Part shown: piece by piece, positions 11,861 through 23,700 of the stretch
Numbering within the stretch: the stretch's first letter is position 1
How the letters are laid out: each line of letters begins with the position of its first letter
DNA from: Takakia lepidozioides
Taxonomy: Eukaryota; Plantae; Bryophyta
Direction of reading: 5' to 3'
Length of the DNA stretch: 64,000 bases
Assembly: GCA_030704615.1 (NCBI GenBank)
Contig: CM060734.1
Coordinates: 54,994,001-55,058,000 of the forward strand
Notes under the pieces: generated by a model
What the model saw: the letters and a program-made list of their open reading frames with translations, nothing else
Databases searched by the model: none
Told to the model about the DNA's origin: nothing
Position numbers and translations under genes: made by a program

Positions 11861-12131
11861 GCAGCCCTAAAAATGGAGGGCCTCTCGGATGGATTAATGG
11901 GAATGGACGGTGGCGATCCTGCGCCGTCATCGGACTGGATGGCAGGGGACTAGCTAACGGACTGGCCAGCAGCGGATTGGCCGACTGGAGGGCAGCGGCC
12001 TCGTGGGCGGGGGACTGGCCCGCGCGGCGGACGGGGCGGGCGGGGTGCTGGGAGCCGGGCGTCCATGCGCAGGGCCCACCGGCCACATCGCACGTGCCCA
12101 TTGAAGACCCTATTATCTTAAAATGAGAGGC
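11861..12131 (-). repeat. Right terminal inverted repeat of the MULE (~270 bp)
   Basis: Reverse complement of 1914-2295 with fewer internal motif copies. Confidence 0.92.
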
Positions 12132-12344
12132 ACAACAAAGAGGTCCATAATTGATTGGGCTGACTAAAGTACAAGTTGTGTGACATAGCACCCTGCATTT
12201 TCCAAATCTGCAGGAATCTCTCCAATACATGAATTGCAACTGTGATCATGTAAAGTGACTCCATGCAATATTCTCTCAATTTCTTTGGATGTTACACAGA
12301 TTTTGTGTTTGACTTAAGCATGCATTGAACATTAATTCTACCAC

Positions 12345-14819
12345 CTACAATTCTCTCAAGGCTAGGATCCCATGTCTATCCAAGAGATCTTGATGGTGCC
12401 GCCTCACTACCTCAGGATGGCTTCTAGCAAAGCTCTTGAATGTATTTAACCCAAATATTGAGTGCAATATATTCTTACCACCATGAGTTGATTCCCCACC
12501 TCTTGACCTATATTGCGATTGGCTTTGAGTGTTATTGAGCAATTCCTTACTCTCATGTTTGGCTAAGAAATTTGTTAGATCCATAGGTCTCACATCTGAA
12601 TCGAGCCGGGGGTTGAAGAAGAAGGGCACAGAGTAGCGTGTGGCAGTGCCAGGAAGACTTACTACCCGATGCACAGTTGCCAAGTAGAATCCATGGGTTG
12701 CCAATTGCAACATCTCACCCAAATTCACCACCAATGTACCCTCTATTGGGGGTACATCAATCCAGTCTCCATCCATCAGTTGTGCCTGCACATACTTCGT
12801 TCAATTAGTCTCATGTTTCTCTCTCTTTCCCTCTCATTTGTGTGATTGCAAACTTGGCACAAATCATGGTAGAGAACAAGTTTTGTTGGTGAACTAACAC
12901 TGGCCTAGTCCTATAGTATCATGCAAGAGACTTGTCCTCTGGGAACTGAGCCCTCAGTGCCAGTTTACAGTTTGTGCATGATCAACCCTGTAACTGACAT
13001 GTTGTCGACTGTATGCAAGCACCGTGGTCGAGCTCTAGCCTAGTAGGTCAGAACTCAGAACCCCAAGAATGACTCCGATGACCCCAGAAGGGCAATTATG
13101 TAATATATCCGGAAAAACCTGCTGGAAATATCCCTTTGTATTTTGGCGGGCATTATTTCCTGGGACCTCCCCCTGCCAGCATGCACCAGAGTTGCAGTGT
13201 GGGACCGCATGTTCCATCCTCTTCATAGAGTGGAACGCTGCCCGAAGTGAAGTCAGAGAGTAAATTTTCAGCAGGTTATTATGCTGTGGAAAGTCCTCGT
13301 ACAGAGTATGTCATAGCATTGTTCCCTCAGTGTGACACAGACCACTAGACTCAAAACCCATAGCACAACAGACCAAACAGTGGGAGTGAAGCTAAAATGA
13401 TATAATGAAGCCACCAAATTGGACAATGAGTGAACAACAGGATGCCATGGTGCCTGACACTGGACAACTGTGTTCAACTGTAATCTGAAACTATTAAAGG
13501 GTCAAGCATGGGGAATGAACATGCCTGGAGACCCCCAACATTGTCTTGTAAGAGAAGGCTAAGGAAACCCGTGTCACTGTGAGGACCGACACCAAACATC
13601 CCCACTCCATACTCTCCACCCTTCGTTAAGTTGGGAGGGTATCTTGAGATCTGCAAGCAAAAGACATAGTTTCAAGCTTCTAACCAGATGACATGCAATG
13701 GCAAACTTTTGTATGCTTATAGCCTTGAAGCCATACAGCTCAATGTGCAAAAGACTACAATGGCATCTGTCTCCAGAACACCTGCTACTGGCATGAGATT
13801 GAATTTAGGTGTGCCCACCATAATGTTGAATGTTAGTTTCCCAGCTGTGAACACCTAGGGAGACACAGAGACATAAAAAGAAACAAAGAGTCATATTAAC
13901 ATCCCAAGGACATATCTCATTTTTCCCAAAACTGCTAGTGCCAGACATATGCCTACATACACCGCAGTATTGTGTGGTCATCTGTTGTATGGTCCCAAAA
14001 GGGTATGGCATGGCTTAGATAATTACCTTCATTTGAAAGTGAGGCGAGCAAGTGAAAGTCGAGTCAAAGTATTCTCTTTCCAAACCTAAGGATAAGGCCA
14101 GAGCCTGCATTAGATGCATTGATACAATCCCCAGCTGGTCCATAAATTTGATTGCTGTTGGCTGGAAATCTGGAAGGCAAGTTGCTGATGGCCACTGATT
14201 CGGCCCACGAAGGCGTCGATACACAGGATAGACATGGTGGTTTTGGCATCCATCTGCAGAGAGTAGAATTTGTGTTAATCAATGGAAAACAGGTGTCTTT
14301 GCTCTGTTTCTGGTTACACCCATGTTCTTGTTAGAGTCCTTGACACAATGAGGAGAACAATTGAAGTCTGGAAAAGGATAGAGGCACAAGAGAATGTACT
14401 CATGCCATTCCCTGCGGAGATTGGCTTGCCATAGCCTTATGGCCATCGACCCTGTGGGAAACTAATCCTCCCGGAGACTTTTGTGGGGTTCGCACCTGCG
14501 AGGGTTTAGCTTATCCCAGCAACTCAGCGGCAGGTATGAACTTCTTTTCCTGCAACTGCCATTAAGGTGCTCACAAGGGCACTTGTCCGAATGCAAACTT
14601 GACAGCCCGCTTGCAGGGTTATTAATTTTATTTTTATGGCCCTGCATTTACCACAGAAATAACATGCCCATCACTCTGGATTGTTTGCAGGGCCTAGAGC
14701 GGTGAGAGAGAATGTACTCATAAGACGTTGTTTACCGTTGCCTTGTGGCCATTGACCCCATGCTCAGTTTGAGCGGAACACAAAGAGACAGAAACTACCT
14801 TTATCAAGGGCTGACACCG

Positions 14820-14864
<45 letters not shown>

Positions 14865-16281
14865 CTACCATCCAGAGAAATGATCATCCAGAGAGAGAGT
14901 CATTAAGTCATGTGAACTTTGGGAAACTGGCACTACTGCAGCACTTCCATGGTCTTTCAACTGGCTCAACACTGCTAAAGTGTTCAAGGAAATCAGTACT
15001 GCCTTAAGGACTGGCATTGACATCATTCCTACAAACGTGGTGTTAAACCCAATGCCCTACTGTACCCCTCTTCGGGAAAAAAGATGTAACACATTATGCT
15101 TAATTACACTGGCAATTGCAAGGACAAGTGGAAGATGTAATAATTTCCATCCACAGGGTAGAGATGACAAGTCAGCATTAGAAGCATACCACTGATATCA
15201 AAATCCTCCTCGTCTTCAGGGCCAAACTCCATCTGTTCGCGGTAGTCTGGAATTCCTGCTGTATTCTCCACACCAAGCTTCATATATCCTCTAAACTGTG
15301 CAGAATTTCTGTAATCTATCCCTGCCTGTCACACTTCAGCAATTAATAATCAAAGGCAATGCTGACTTTTGGTTAGAGTACCTAGATCAACAATAGAAAC
15401 GGCTTGGTCCCATCTCTACTCCATGAAAACCGGTTTAATAGGAACTGTGTTTCTGTGAGCCAATCTGAAGAATTCCCATGGCAGATGCACGGAGTGAAGT
15501 TCCACAAGAGATCTCTTTTTTGACTCTTGAACTTGGATGTGCGGCTATTCACACTGAAGGCGATCGCTCAAGGGTGGAATGAGAGAAATTGTTTACGTAC
15601 CTTGACATCCGCTGGCAGATCAAAAACTTGCCGCGCCATTGCCAGCATTGAGTCACAAAGATGGGCGGGAACACCGTGATTCTCCACGTAAAACAAGCCT
15701 ACCTTGTTGCATTGCTCTCTTAGCTGCTGAACAAAACTGGCCCTTTCTGCAAGGTCTTCACTGAAGTAAGAATCCATGTCGAGCACAGCTATCGTTCGTC
15801 TCGGTCCGTCGTCAATAATGTCGTCACTCCTTCCAGCAGTAGTCTGCTCCCTACCTGAACGAATTTTCCACATTGTACTCTTCAAAGAAAAGTTCGTCAA
15901 ATCGGCACTGCCACCTCTAGTGAATCGCTCAGATATCATTCCCCCGGATTGCATGATTATGTGGGCACGAGAAAGAAAGTTAGGCGCTCCAAACCCAGAA
16001 GGTGAAAATGCAGGTTGATCTGTGGCCGTAATGGGAAGCAGATATAGAAGCTTCTTACTCAACTGGCAGCTTTGCACCAAAAATCTCGGATACAGACACT
16101 CGCCTACCTTCTTCGCAAGATACAGCGGTGGATTGAGAGCTTCCGATTTCGCAATCCTTCTAGAGTTTGCTAATCCACAAATTGAAGGCCTCACACCCGA
16201 TGCTCCAGCCACAGAAACATCCATCGATACAGATCTGGAGCTGCATAGCATCCCTCCATGGTGGGTGCACGTGAAAGGCAT
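12345..16281 (-). CDS. 2-oxoglutarate/Fe(II)-dependent dioxygenase (IPNS/DIOX-like) with long N-terminal extension; exons 16281-15601, 15325-15190, 14253-14027, 13650-13525, 12785-12345
   Basis: GLFYVENHGV, FRGY, GPNQWP, GPHSDTGFLSLL (HxD), GGLQ, VVNLGEML, ATVHRV (distal His) and RYSVPFF (RxS). Exons join in frame; intron 4 has a GC donor. Confidence 0.9.
14822..14859. repeat. (AG)n microsatellite in dioxygenase intron
   Basis: Perfect AG dinucleotide run. Confidence 0.98.
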
Positions 16282-16629
16282 GGCTATGGAGGTTGTATTG
16301 TTGACGCTGTAGATGGAAGACTCTGACGAGGACCTGGTTCACATTCTCTGGTCAATGGTTTGACCTGAATGCACTTCCTGAATCCTGGTCCTCGCGTCGT
16401 CCGGATTTCTGACACCTCGCCCCTAACTAGGATTGCACAACTAAGGACTGACATAAACCGTGGGACCCCCGGTCGGGAAGGTGAGGGGGAAGGATCATCG
16501 GGAGCTCGGTTCGCAGGAAGAAAAGGTCTCGAGCTGGTGAAGAACAAATACTGGGAGCTTAAGAGGGGTGCAGGAGAAGCTCTCGTTTTGATTGTTGGGG
16601 CGAGGTGAGGTGGTGGAGAAGATTAGAAC
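16282..16629. promoter_or_regulatory. Putative bidirectional promoter between dioxygenase and SSL genes
   Basis: Only ~350 bp separate the two divergent start codons. Confidence 0.55.
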
Positions 16630-18732
16630 ATGGCGCTAACTGCCTTATGGGTATTGCTAGTGGCAGTCTTAGCATGGTTTTTGGGAACAGACCCTCTGAA
16701 GGTTTCCACACTACATGGAGTGACGAACTTCAAGCCACAGTTCATTCCGCGACCCACCATTGACATCTACAGCAATTTGACGCGGGACAACGAGAATAAG
16801 CTTCAGAACGCAGAGATCGTATGGAAGAATGAATTTGTAGGACCCGAGAGTCTCACATTTGATCTACAAGGGAGGGGTCCTTACACAGGCATTAGTGATG
16901 GTCGGGTGATTCGTTGGGATGGACCTGAGGCTGGATGGACCACTTTTGCCGTTACTTCCAAGAATCGGTAACAATTCTCTGTGATATCTCGTCTGAGTTG
17001 GTTTCAATTTCTGCACTAAGTTCTTTCCCATACTTTGCTCTCTTCCCATCTGGTTGATAGGTATGAATCCGTTCAAGCAATGGCTTCCAACTTACTTTTG
17101 GTTGCCTCGGAGCTGATTGTGACTCAATTCAGCCACCGCCAGTCACTTCCTGACAGAATGTGCACTCTGGGTTGATGAACTTCCAGAGATGGCCCCTCCA
17201 GTCTCCTTCAAACCAAGCAGGCCTAGGCACTGTTAGATCGAACAAAATTGGGCGCAGAAACTTACTCACTCCTGGATGACATCAGGTCAGAGATTTGTGA
17301 GCCCAAGACCCCGCCACGCCCGAATCTGGCATATGAGCACATTTGTGGCCGTCCCTTGGGTTTGCGATTCGACAAAAAGACTGGCGACCTCTACATTGCC
17401 GATGCTTACCTTGGAATTATGAAGGTGGGTCCCGAAGGTGGGCTGGCCGAGCCAGTTGTGACCGAGGTCGATGGTGTACCCTTCAAACTTGTGAATGACC
17501 TTGACCTTGACGAGGATGGCGTCATATATTTCACCGTCAGCAGCACTAAATATCACCGAAGGTTGGTTGAGACGTTTGCTTTACTTCAACACAGTATGTC
17601 TGTCTACATGATTCTTCTCTGCTTTGCTGTGAATGTCTTGCTGTCCTGTCTCTTAATTTACAATTTGGAAGCAACTGCATAGAACGAGGTTTCTTTGTCT
17701 TCATGGTGTTGTGGGAAGGCCTCTCCGTCTGTACAAAACTCCCATTTTTGGATCTCTCTAAAATGCTGTTTGGAAATCTGGCAGAGGATTTTTCCTCTCT
17801 ATTCTGGAGGGTGAGGACACAGGGAGATTTTTGAAGTACGACCCAGCTACCAAGGAGACCACAGTGCTAATCAAGGGGCTGCGGTTTCCCAACGGAGTGG
17901 CTATCAGCAAGGATGGAACCTTTTTGGTGTTGGCTGAGACTCGCGGTGCTAGGTTTGTATCTTTCGCAAGGGTGGAGTTGATTTTTGAATGGAACCCGGT
18001 GGAAGAAAAGAGAAATTAGTTTCTTTCAATTAGTCAAACTGTCTTGCTTTACTTGGAGTTTTCAACCTTTTCTCGCTAGTTCTTCTTTTTCTTATAGGCA
18101 CATGATGGAGTTAATGGTATTCCTTCTTCTCTTGATGATTTGTGAGCTAGGTATACATAGTCGACTGCCGCTGCTTCAAAACAGAAGCAGGTGAGGTTAC
18201 TGTTTTTTATAAGTGGATCATCAAAAAAGAGGGTAGCACTTAATTGTTGTCTGATACATATATCATGTGGTTAATGGTGTGTGATGTGTCCTCGGCCCCC
18301 TATAACATAATCATTGTCCCTTTTGATGGGTTCAGATTGATTCGCTACTGGCTGAAGGGACCCCAAGCAGGCACCTCCGAGACATTTGTAGAGCTGCCTG
18401 GGGCTCCAGACAATGTGCGCCGGAATGAAAATGGTGACTTTTGGGTAGCCCTCCATTGCCGCCGGAACACCTTGGACTCGTTTTTAGGTGAACACCCATG
18501 GGTTCGATATATTGCTGGCAGGCTCCCCATCCCTCAGAAGTATGTGTATGCAGCAACGGCTGGGAAGCCACATGGTGCGGTAATCCGCTACGGCCCTGAC
18601 GGCAGCTTGCTACAGGTTCTTGAGGACCAGACAGGAGAGGTGGTAAAGTTTGTGAGTGAGGCGGAAGAGCATGATGGGAAGCTCTATCTTGGGACTGTCC
18701 TTCTCTCCCAGGTGGCAGTTTATACGCTGTAG
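16630..18732 (+). CDS. SSL: Strictosidine synthase-like (SSL/APMAP family) protein; exons 16630-16967, 17286-17561, 17785-17952, 18336-18732
   Basis: N-terminal hydrophobic anchor, GPESLTFD, GRGPYTGISDGR, EHICGRPLGLRF, YIADAYLG, LRFPNGVA, LPGAPDNVR, EHDGKLYLG; canonical splice sites and an intact frame. Confidence 0.93.
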
Positions 18733-20791
18733 TCATACAGTCATGGTGTGATTCTTTTCTTGTGCAGAGAGGAGGGGAGCAAACAGGGCAGATTCGGAGT
18801 GGTCACTCTTACAGATTTACACTCCAAGTCCGTTCCTTCGTATTGTAGTTCTGGTCCCACTATCAGTCATGATAATTTATTTGTAGGCAATGTTCTAGCT
18901 ACACTTTCTTGATTCCTTTCCCAAGGAAAGAAGTTCAATTCTCTCTCACAGTTTCTGTTTTTGTCTATGAGGGTCATTGTGTATTGTAGCTCGAATTTCA
19001 CGTACTTGTTTAGTCGGTTTCTTTCTGTCATTGCAGACAGGTTGAAGAAGTCAAGAAGACTCAACTACTTTCTGTAGAGTCTCACTGTCAATTGCAAAGA
19101 GGCCTGGGTGATTGTTTCAATAATGCCAAAAAGCCGCACCTTTTGTTTCATAGCAGAATAAACTGTTTAGAATACTCAAAAGTGTGTTCTACTATGGTGA
19201 TAGATTGTCATATCTTGTGTCTGAAGTGACCCACAAGTATCTAAAGTACTCTGTGAGAGTGAGTAAAGGTTTGATCATTGGAACAATTCGACGCTACCAG
19301 ATTTTCATACTTCAGAGAGTTTGTCACTTTGGTAATAAAATGAACTCTTTTTCACAAAACAATAAAAATAAATAAACTCTTTAGTCCACAAAGCTTGATG
19401 GACCTCTATAAACCCCTAAAGGCCTACAGCTTTCTTCGCCCCTGACTGCAAAATTTGCACCTCTGGCCACCTCTGTATACATCCACAAAATTGGCATTCA
19501 ATCATGTTCCAAACTACATCCCCTGACGTCTGCATTTTGCGGTAGGAATAGGAAAGCTATAGCTTTTTCGGAGCATGAAAAGTTTCTGTAGAGTAGGGGT
19601 TGCATGTGAGCATAGTCGTTCCGTGCATTTTGGGAATATTCAGAGACACATATTTGACAATATTCTAAGAATATTCACAGACACATATTTCTGGAATATC
19701 CAGAGAATATACCGCAGCGAAATGAAAATGTGCTCTTTTTTTAGAAAGGCCCATGGAAGGGCCTGAAATATATTGAAAATTGAGGCAAAAATAACCTCAG
19801 AGAACAACCATAAGGTCGAAAAGGGGGACACTGCCCCCAAACCAGCGAATGGACTATGGACAGTCAGTCAGGCCTCATTATCTTTCTATTAGTACTTTAT
19901 TTTAATATTTAAGTTTTTAATTTTACTTGTTATTTTTCAAGGGCCTGATTTACGGTGCGGTGGGCTGTAACCCGCTCCCAGGTAAGTTTCCCAGGTTAAA
20001 ACCAAAAAAAAAAAAAAAAAAAAAAACTTGTTTTGAATTGTCGAAAATCTCTCGGTATTCATCCTTCCCCGTCCAACCCTACCATACAACGCTCTCATTG
20101 CTGAGGTCCGGTAAGACAGGCCCGGACTGACAGGTTCGAAGGGAGGCATGGGCTCCGGCTCGGCTCCCCTACATAGAAGGAGCTTCGGGCTCGTGTTGTT
20201 CACATTTGAGGTTCGGAAAAGTGCAGAGTGTGAAGCGAGAGAAGATGGTAATCGGATGTGCTCTCGCGTTTTGTTGGAGTGGTTGCGGAGATCTGTTTTG
20301 AGTCAAGGAATGAAAGAGAGCATGAATTAGCGGGGAGTTTTGCAAGTGCTGCGATGGAGCTTGTGAGGAGGGGGAGGTGAGGAGGGTAGGGGAGGTCGTG
20401 TTTGTGTGCTGAGTGCGATGGTGTGATGAGATTCTGAGGACTGCGTTGTGGGCTGTTAGCACCAGATGATGAGGTGAGCTCATTTCAGTGTTGGGTCGAT
20501 GTCTGGTTGGCGAGGGAGCTATTTTTTTTTCCACCCTTGCATTCATGGTTGAGCAAGATGTGAGGGCAGATTGAGGCACTGTCTGTGCACATGTCAAGTC
20601 TGGAAATTTAGCTGCAGGTTGTAATTTTTGAAATATTCGTATGAAAGGATGTCGTTGAGACCATAATTGTGTCCGAAGATAAGCATTCTCAGTTGTCCTC
20701 TATCAGAATTCGAAACAGCGTTTGAATGTAATACTGGAGGCCGACGGACTGAAAGCGAGCTATGTCTGTGGGCGCTTCGACCAGCACCCGA

Positions 20792-23700
20792 ATGGCGTTG
20801 ACATTCGGGACTACAACAGCAAGCATTGGTGCGATTCCACATAATTGGAGGGATTTTGGTTGGGAATCCCGCCGATTGAAAAATGGTTGTAGATTGACAT
20901 TTGAAGAGGCAAGAGGATTCTGTGTGTCCCGGCCTAGCAGGCGTGGAAATGGTGGTTTTTACTTCACTTCGCTGTCCCCCTCTTGCAAAATACGCCCCAG
21001 GAATACCAGGTTTGGTCCTCTACGTATCGCTGCCGTTATTTTCTCTCCCACTCTGTCTAATCTGTCCTTCTCGGTGTTTGTTGCCCAGCCCTGCCCTTTC
21101 ATGTCTATGGCAAGCATGTTGTGGTATAGTCCAACTCCAGTTTTATGTCCAGCTTTCTCTTGCTCTCCCTCTCTTAAATTGTACGATTAAAGTTTTTATC
21201 GGAGAACGTGGGAGACCATCAGTATTCAATGTAGACTCTAGTAACAGGCTTTCAGGCTGTTGGTACCTCTGTTTCTATTCACGCATAATGGCAGGCTTCA
21301 GTAAATTTGGGGGAAGCAAAATCACACTCTTGCTGGAGTTATTCTGTAGTGGAAAAGGACGGAGTTACCAAATAGCTTTGACCAGTGGTGAATCATTTGT
21401 ATAAGAAAGTTGAATGGCAACAAGGACAAAGACAGGACGCTGACCACAAAATTATATCGGAACAAAGTTGTGCAGAATTTGGATGGGTGTTCTTACAATA
21501 AGGGCAGTTTGTGTATGCAGAATGCTCTGTAATTCAGTGGATGTTGAACTCCCTTTCCTCTTGATCAGAGGGATTGTACGAGTAGAGCTTCTCAGAAACA
21601 CTTGTATCTCAAATCCGCTGAATATTCTAAACCTGTCTGTGTGACAAATTACAAATTGGATGTCAGTACTTGATGAAGGGCACAAAGAACACAATTAGGA
21701 GTATGGTTGTGGAAGACCGGGTTCCTTTTTTCTTTGGCTTTTTGACGGTTCAAATCGTACCTGAGTGAAGCTTGAGACCAAAATCTTTGTTTTGAGATCC
21801 AGGGTGCATTGCAACCAATTTAGAAATGCATCAACTGCTGACATGTTTGTTCCCTTCGATGGGGCTGCCTGCAGTGCCAACCAGAAGAAAACTCCTGTCC
21901 GGAAAGTGCCGGATCGTCCATCACCAGAAGTAAACAATGCGTCGGGAGAGGATGGGAGGGAAATTCAAGGGAGGACTCCAGACACCCAAGACCAGTCTGT
22001 AACGGAGAATGAAATCCCGTCTGCAGAAGAAGATAGGGGCCTTCCTAAATATGGGGCTGTTAAGGCGGAGGACCCATTGCAGACAGAGAATGTTCAGGTA
22101 GCAAGCAATGGTGTGTTGTCGGCGGTTCCAGCAGAGGTCAAGAGTGGGGAGTTGCGGACAGCTGGTGTGACAGCTCTGGAACTGCAGTCTTTGGTATTCT
22201 TTGTCTACGTGTCCCCCATTGTGTCTGTGAACCTTTTCCTAATTTCTCTTGTCTACTGCCACATATTTCAAAATCCCATTTCTCAATACCTCTCACTTTC
22301 AACAGAAGTTGGGAAAAGATGGGGGCCAAGGTTGGTAGCCACAGATCAGGAAATGTCACTTGATACCGAATCTGCTGAAGCCAGTTACAAATCTCTCTTG
22401 AGCTTCTTCTCTGCTTTCGATTTAAAGTCGGTAATCTACATTACATCCGAAGCTGCACTTTGAATTGTGAAGGCTATTCACCTTGGTACATGAAGTCCAG
22501 ACATCTGGCTGAATGAAACCTTTGTGCATGTTTTCAGTTGTGAAGGTGTGAAGGTAAGAATAGCCGTCATTTTTTGATGCAGTGGAGTAGTTATTCATCT
22601 GACCAAGGTGCTGTTTTTGCAAGCATAGAAAAGACTGTCACTGAGCTATATTGGTTGCTTTGAGAGACAATTCTAGAACTATGAAATGCATGGTTTCTGC
22701 TCATGAAGGCAATCGTTTGATACTCTTGGTAAAGAGCTTTCTCAAGGAAAGTTTGCAATCACTGTTGATTACGAAGGTTGGCTCGCCAAGTGGATGGTGC
22801 CTTGCACGTTCTCCTGCCATGCCCTTGGTCCCCTCTCTTTTCTGCTTTACCCTCTGGCCAGAAAGACCGCAGGATGTTGACTCATATGAGACACATCTGT
22901 AGGTCCCTCTCTTTTGAAGGGTTAGTCCCCTATTACATCTAGAGAAGGCTTTGCTACTGGTGTCTATAAACCTGTTGTCGTCAGAAATATGACATGCAAA
23001 TTGTTCTGTCTGGATGGATTCAGAAATAGTGACAAGATGATTTTGTTCATGAATGAAACAAAGAGCTTCTTGTCACTTTTATGCATGGGTCACTTCTGCA
23101 GGTTATCACATGAGACCTTTCAAAAGTGTGGCCTCCCCCAAGCACACCAGTGTAAGACACCTGTAGAGACCTCAGACTTGCACTGACAACTGGATTGTCC
23201 AATGTTTTAATTGATTTCCCTCAGAGCTCTGAAAGTATAAACAGGCTTGGCATAACTCATCAACTATACCATATAATTTGGGCAGCTGAGGTTGGACTGC
23301 TGAGATACTCCCAAGTCGATGAAACCCACTGTGATGTACACGAGTCCAGGCAAAGGTATTGAATTGTGAACCATATGAGGACCATCCCAGCATTGTACTT
23401 ACATCATTTACAATTGTGGGTGGTGGATGCAGAAACAAGATCATAGCAATGATGAAGGAACTCGAGGCGTCAGAGTTGAAGATCTCATGCTCATGATCAA
23501 AGATGCAGAAAATAGTAAGTGATGTCATGCAAGTAATTTGTTGCATATCTCAGTCTTAAGTCTGTGAAATGAAGAACTGGTTGTGTGTAAGGACTCCCAG
23601 GGATAATCAATTTGTCATAGGGAAGAATTAAAATCCAGCATCACAGCCAGTTGTGATAGTCTGGGTGGGTGAAAATTAGGATTACCCCTGCACAGGTTTG

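Larger units (their letters stand above)
1914..12131. mobile_element. Mutator-like DNA transposon (MULE), both termini present, ~10.2 kb including a gap
   Basis: Termini GCCTCTCATTTTAAGATAATAGGGTCTTCAATGGGCACGTGCGATGTGGC and its reverse complement ending at 12131; exact 9-bp TSD ACAACAAAG at 1905-1913 and 12132-12140; internal DDE/SWIM transposase. Confidence 0.95.

Noticed and set aside
11127-12126. Long ORFs spanning N runs (also 38635-39370)
   Set aside because: Artefacts of translating assembly gaps.
19941-20124. Possible Tourist-like MITE (GGGCCTG...CAGGCCC)
   Set aside because: The inverted repeat is short and imperfect, and the flanks (CAA/GGA) form no TSD.
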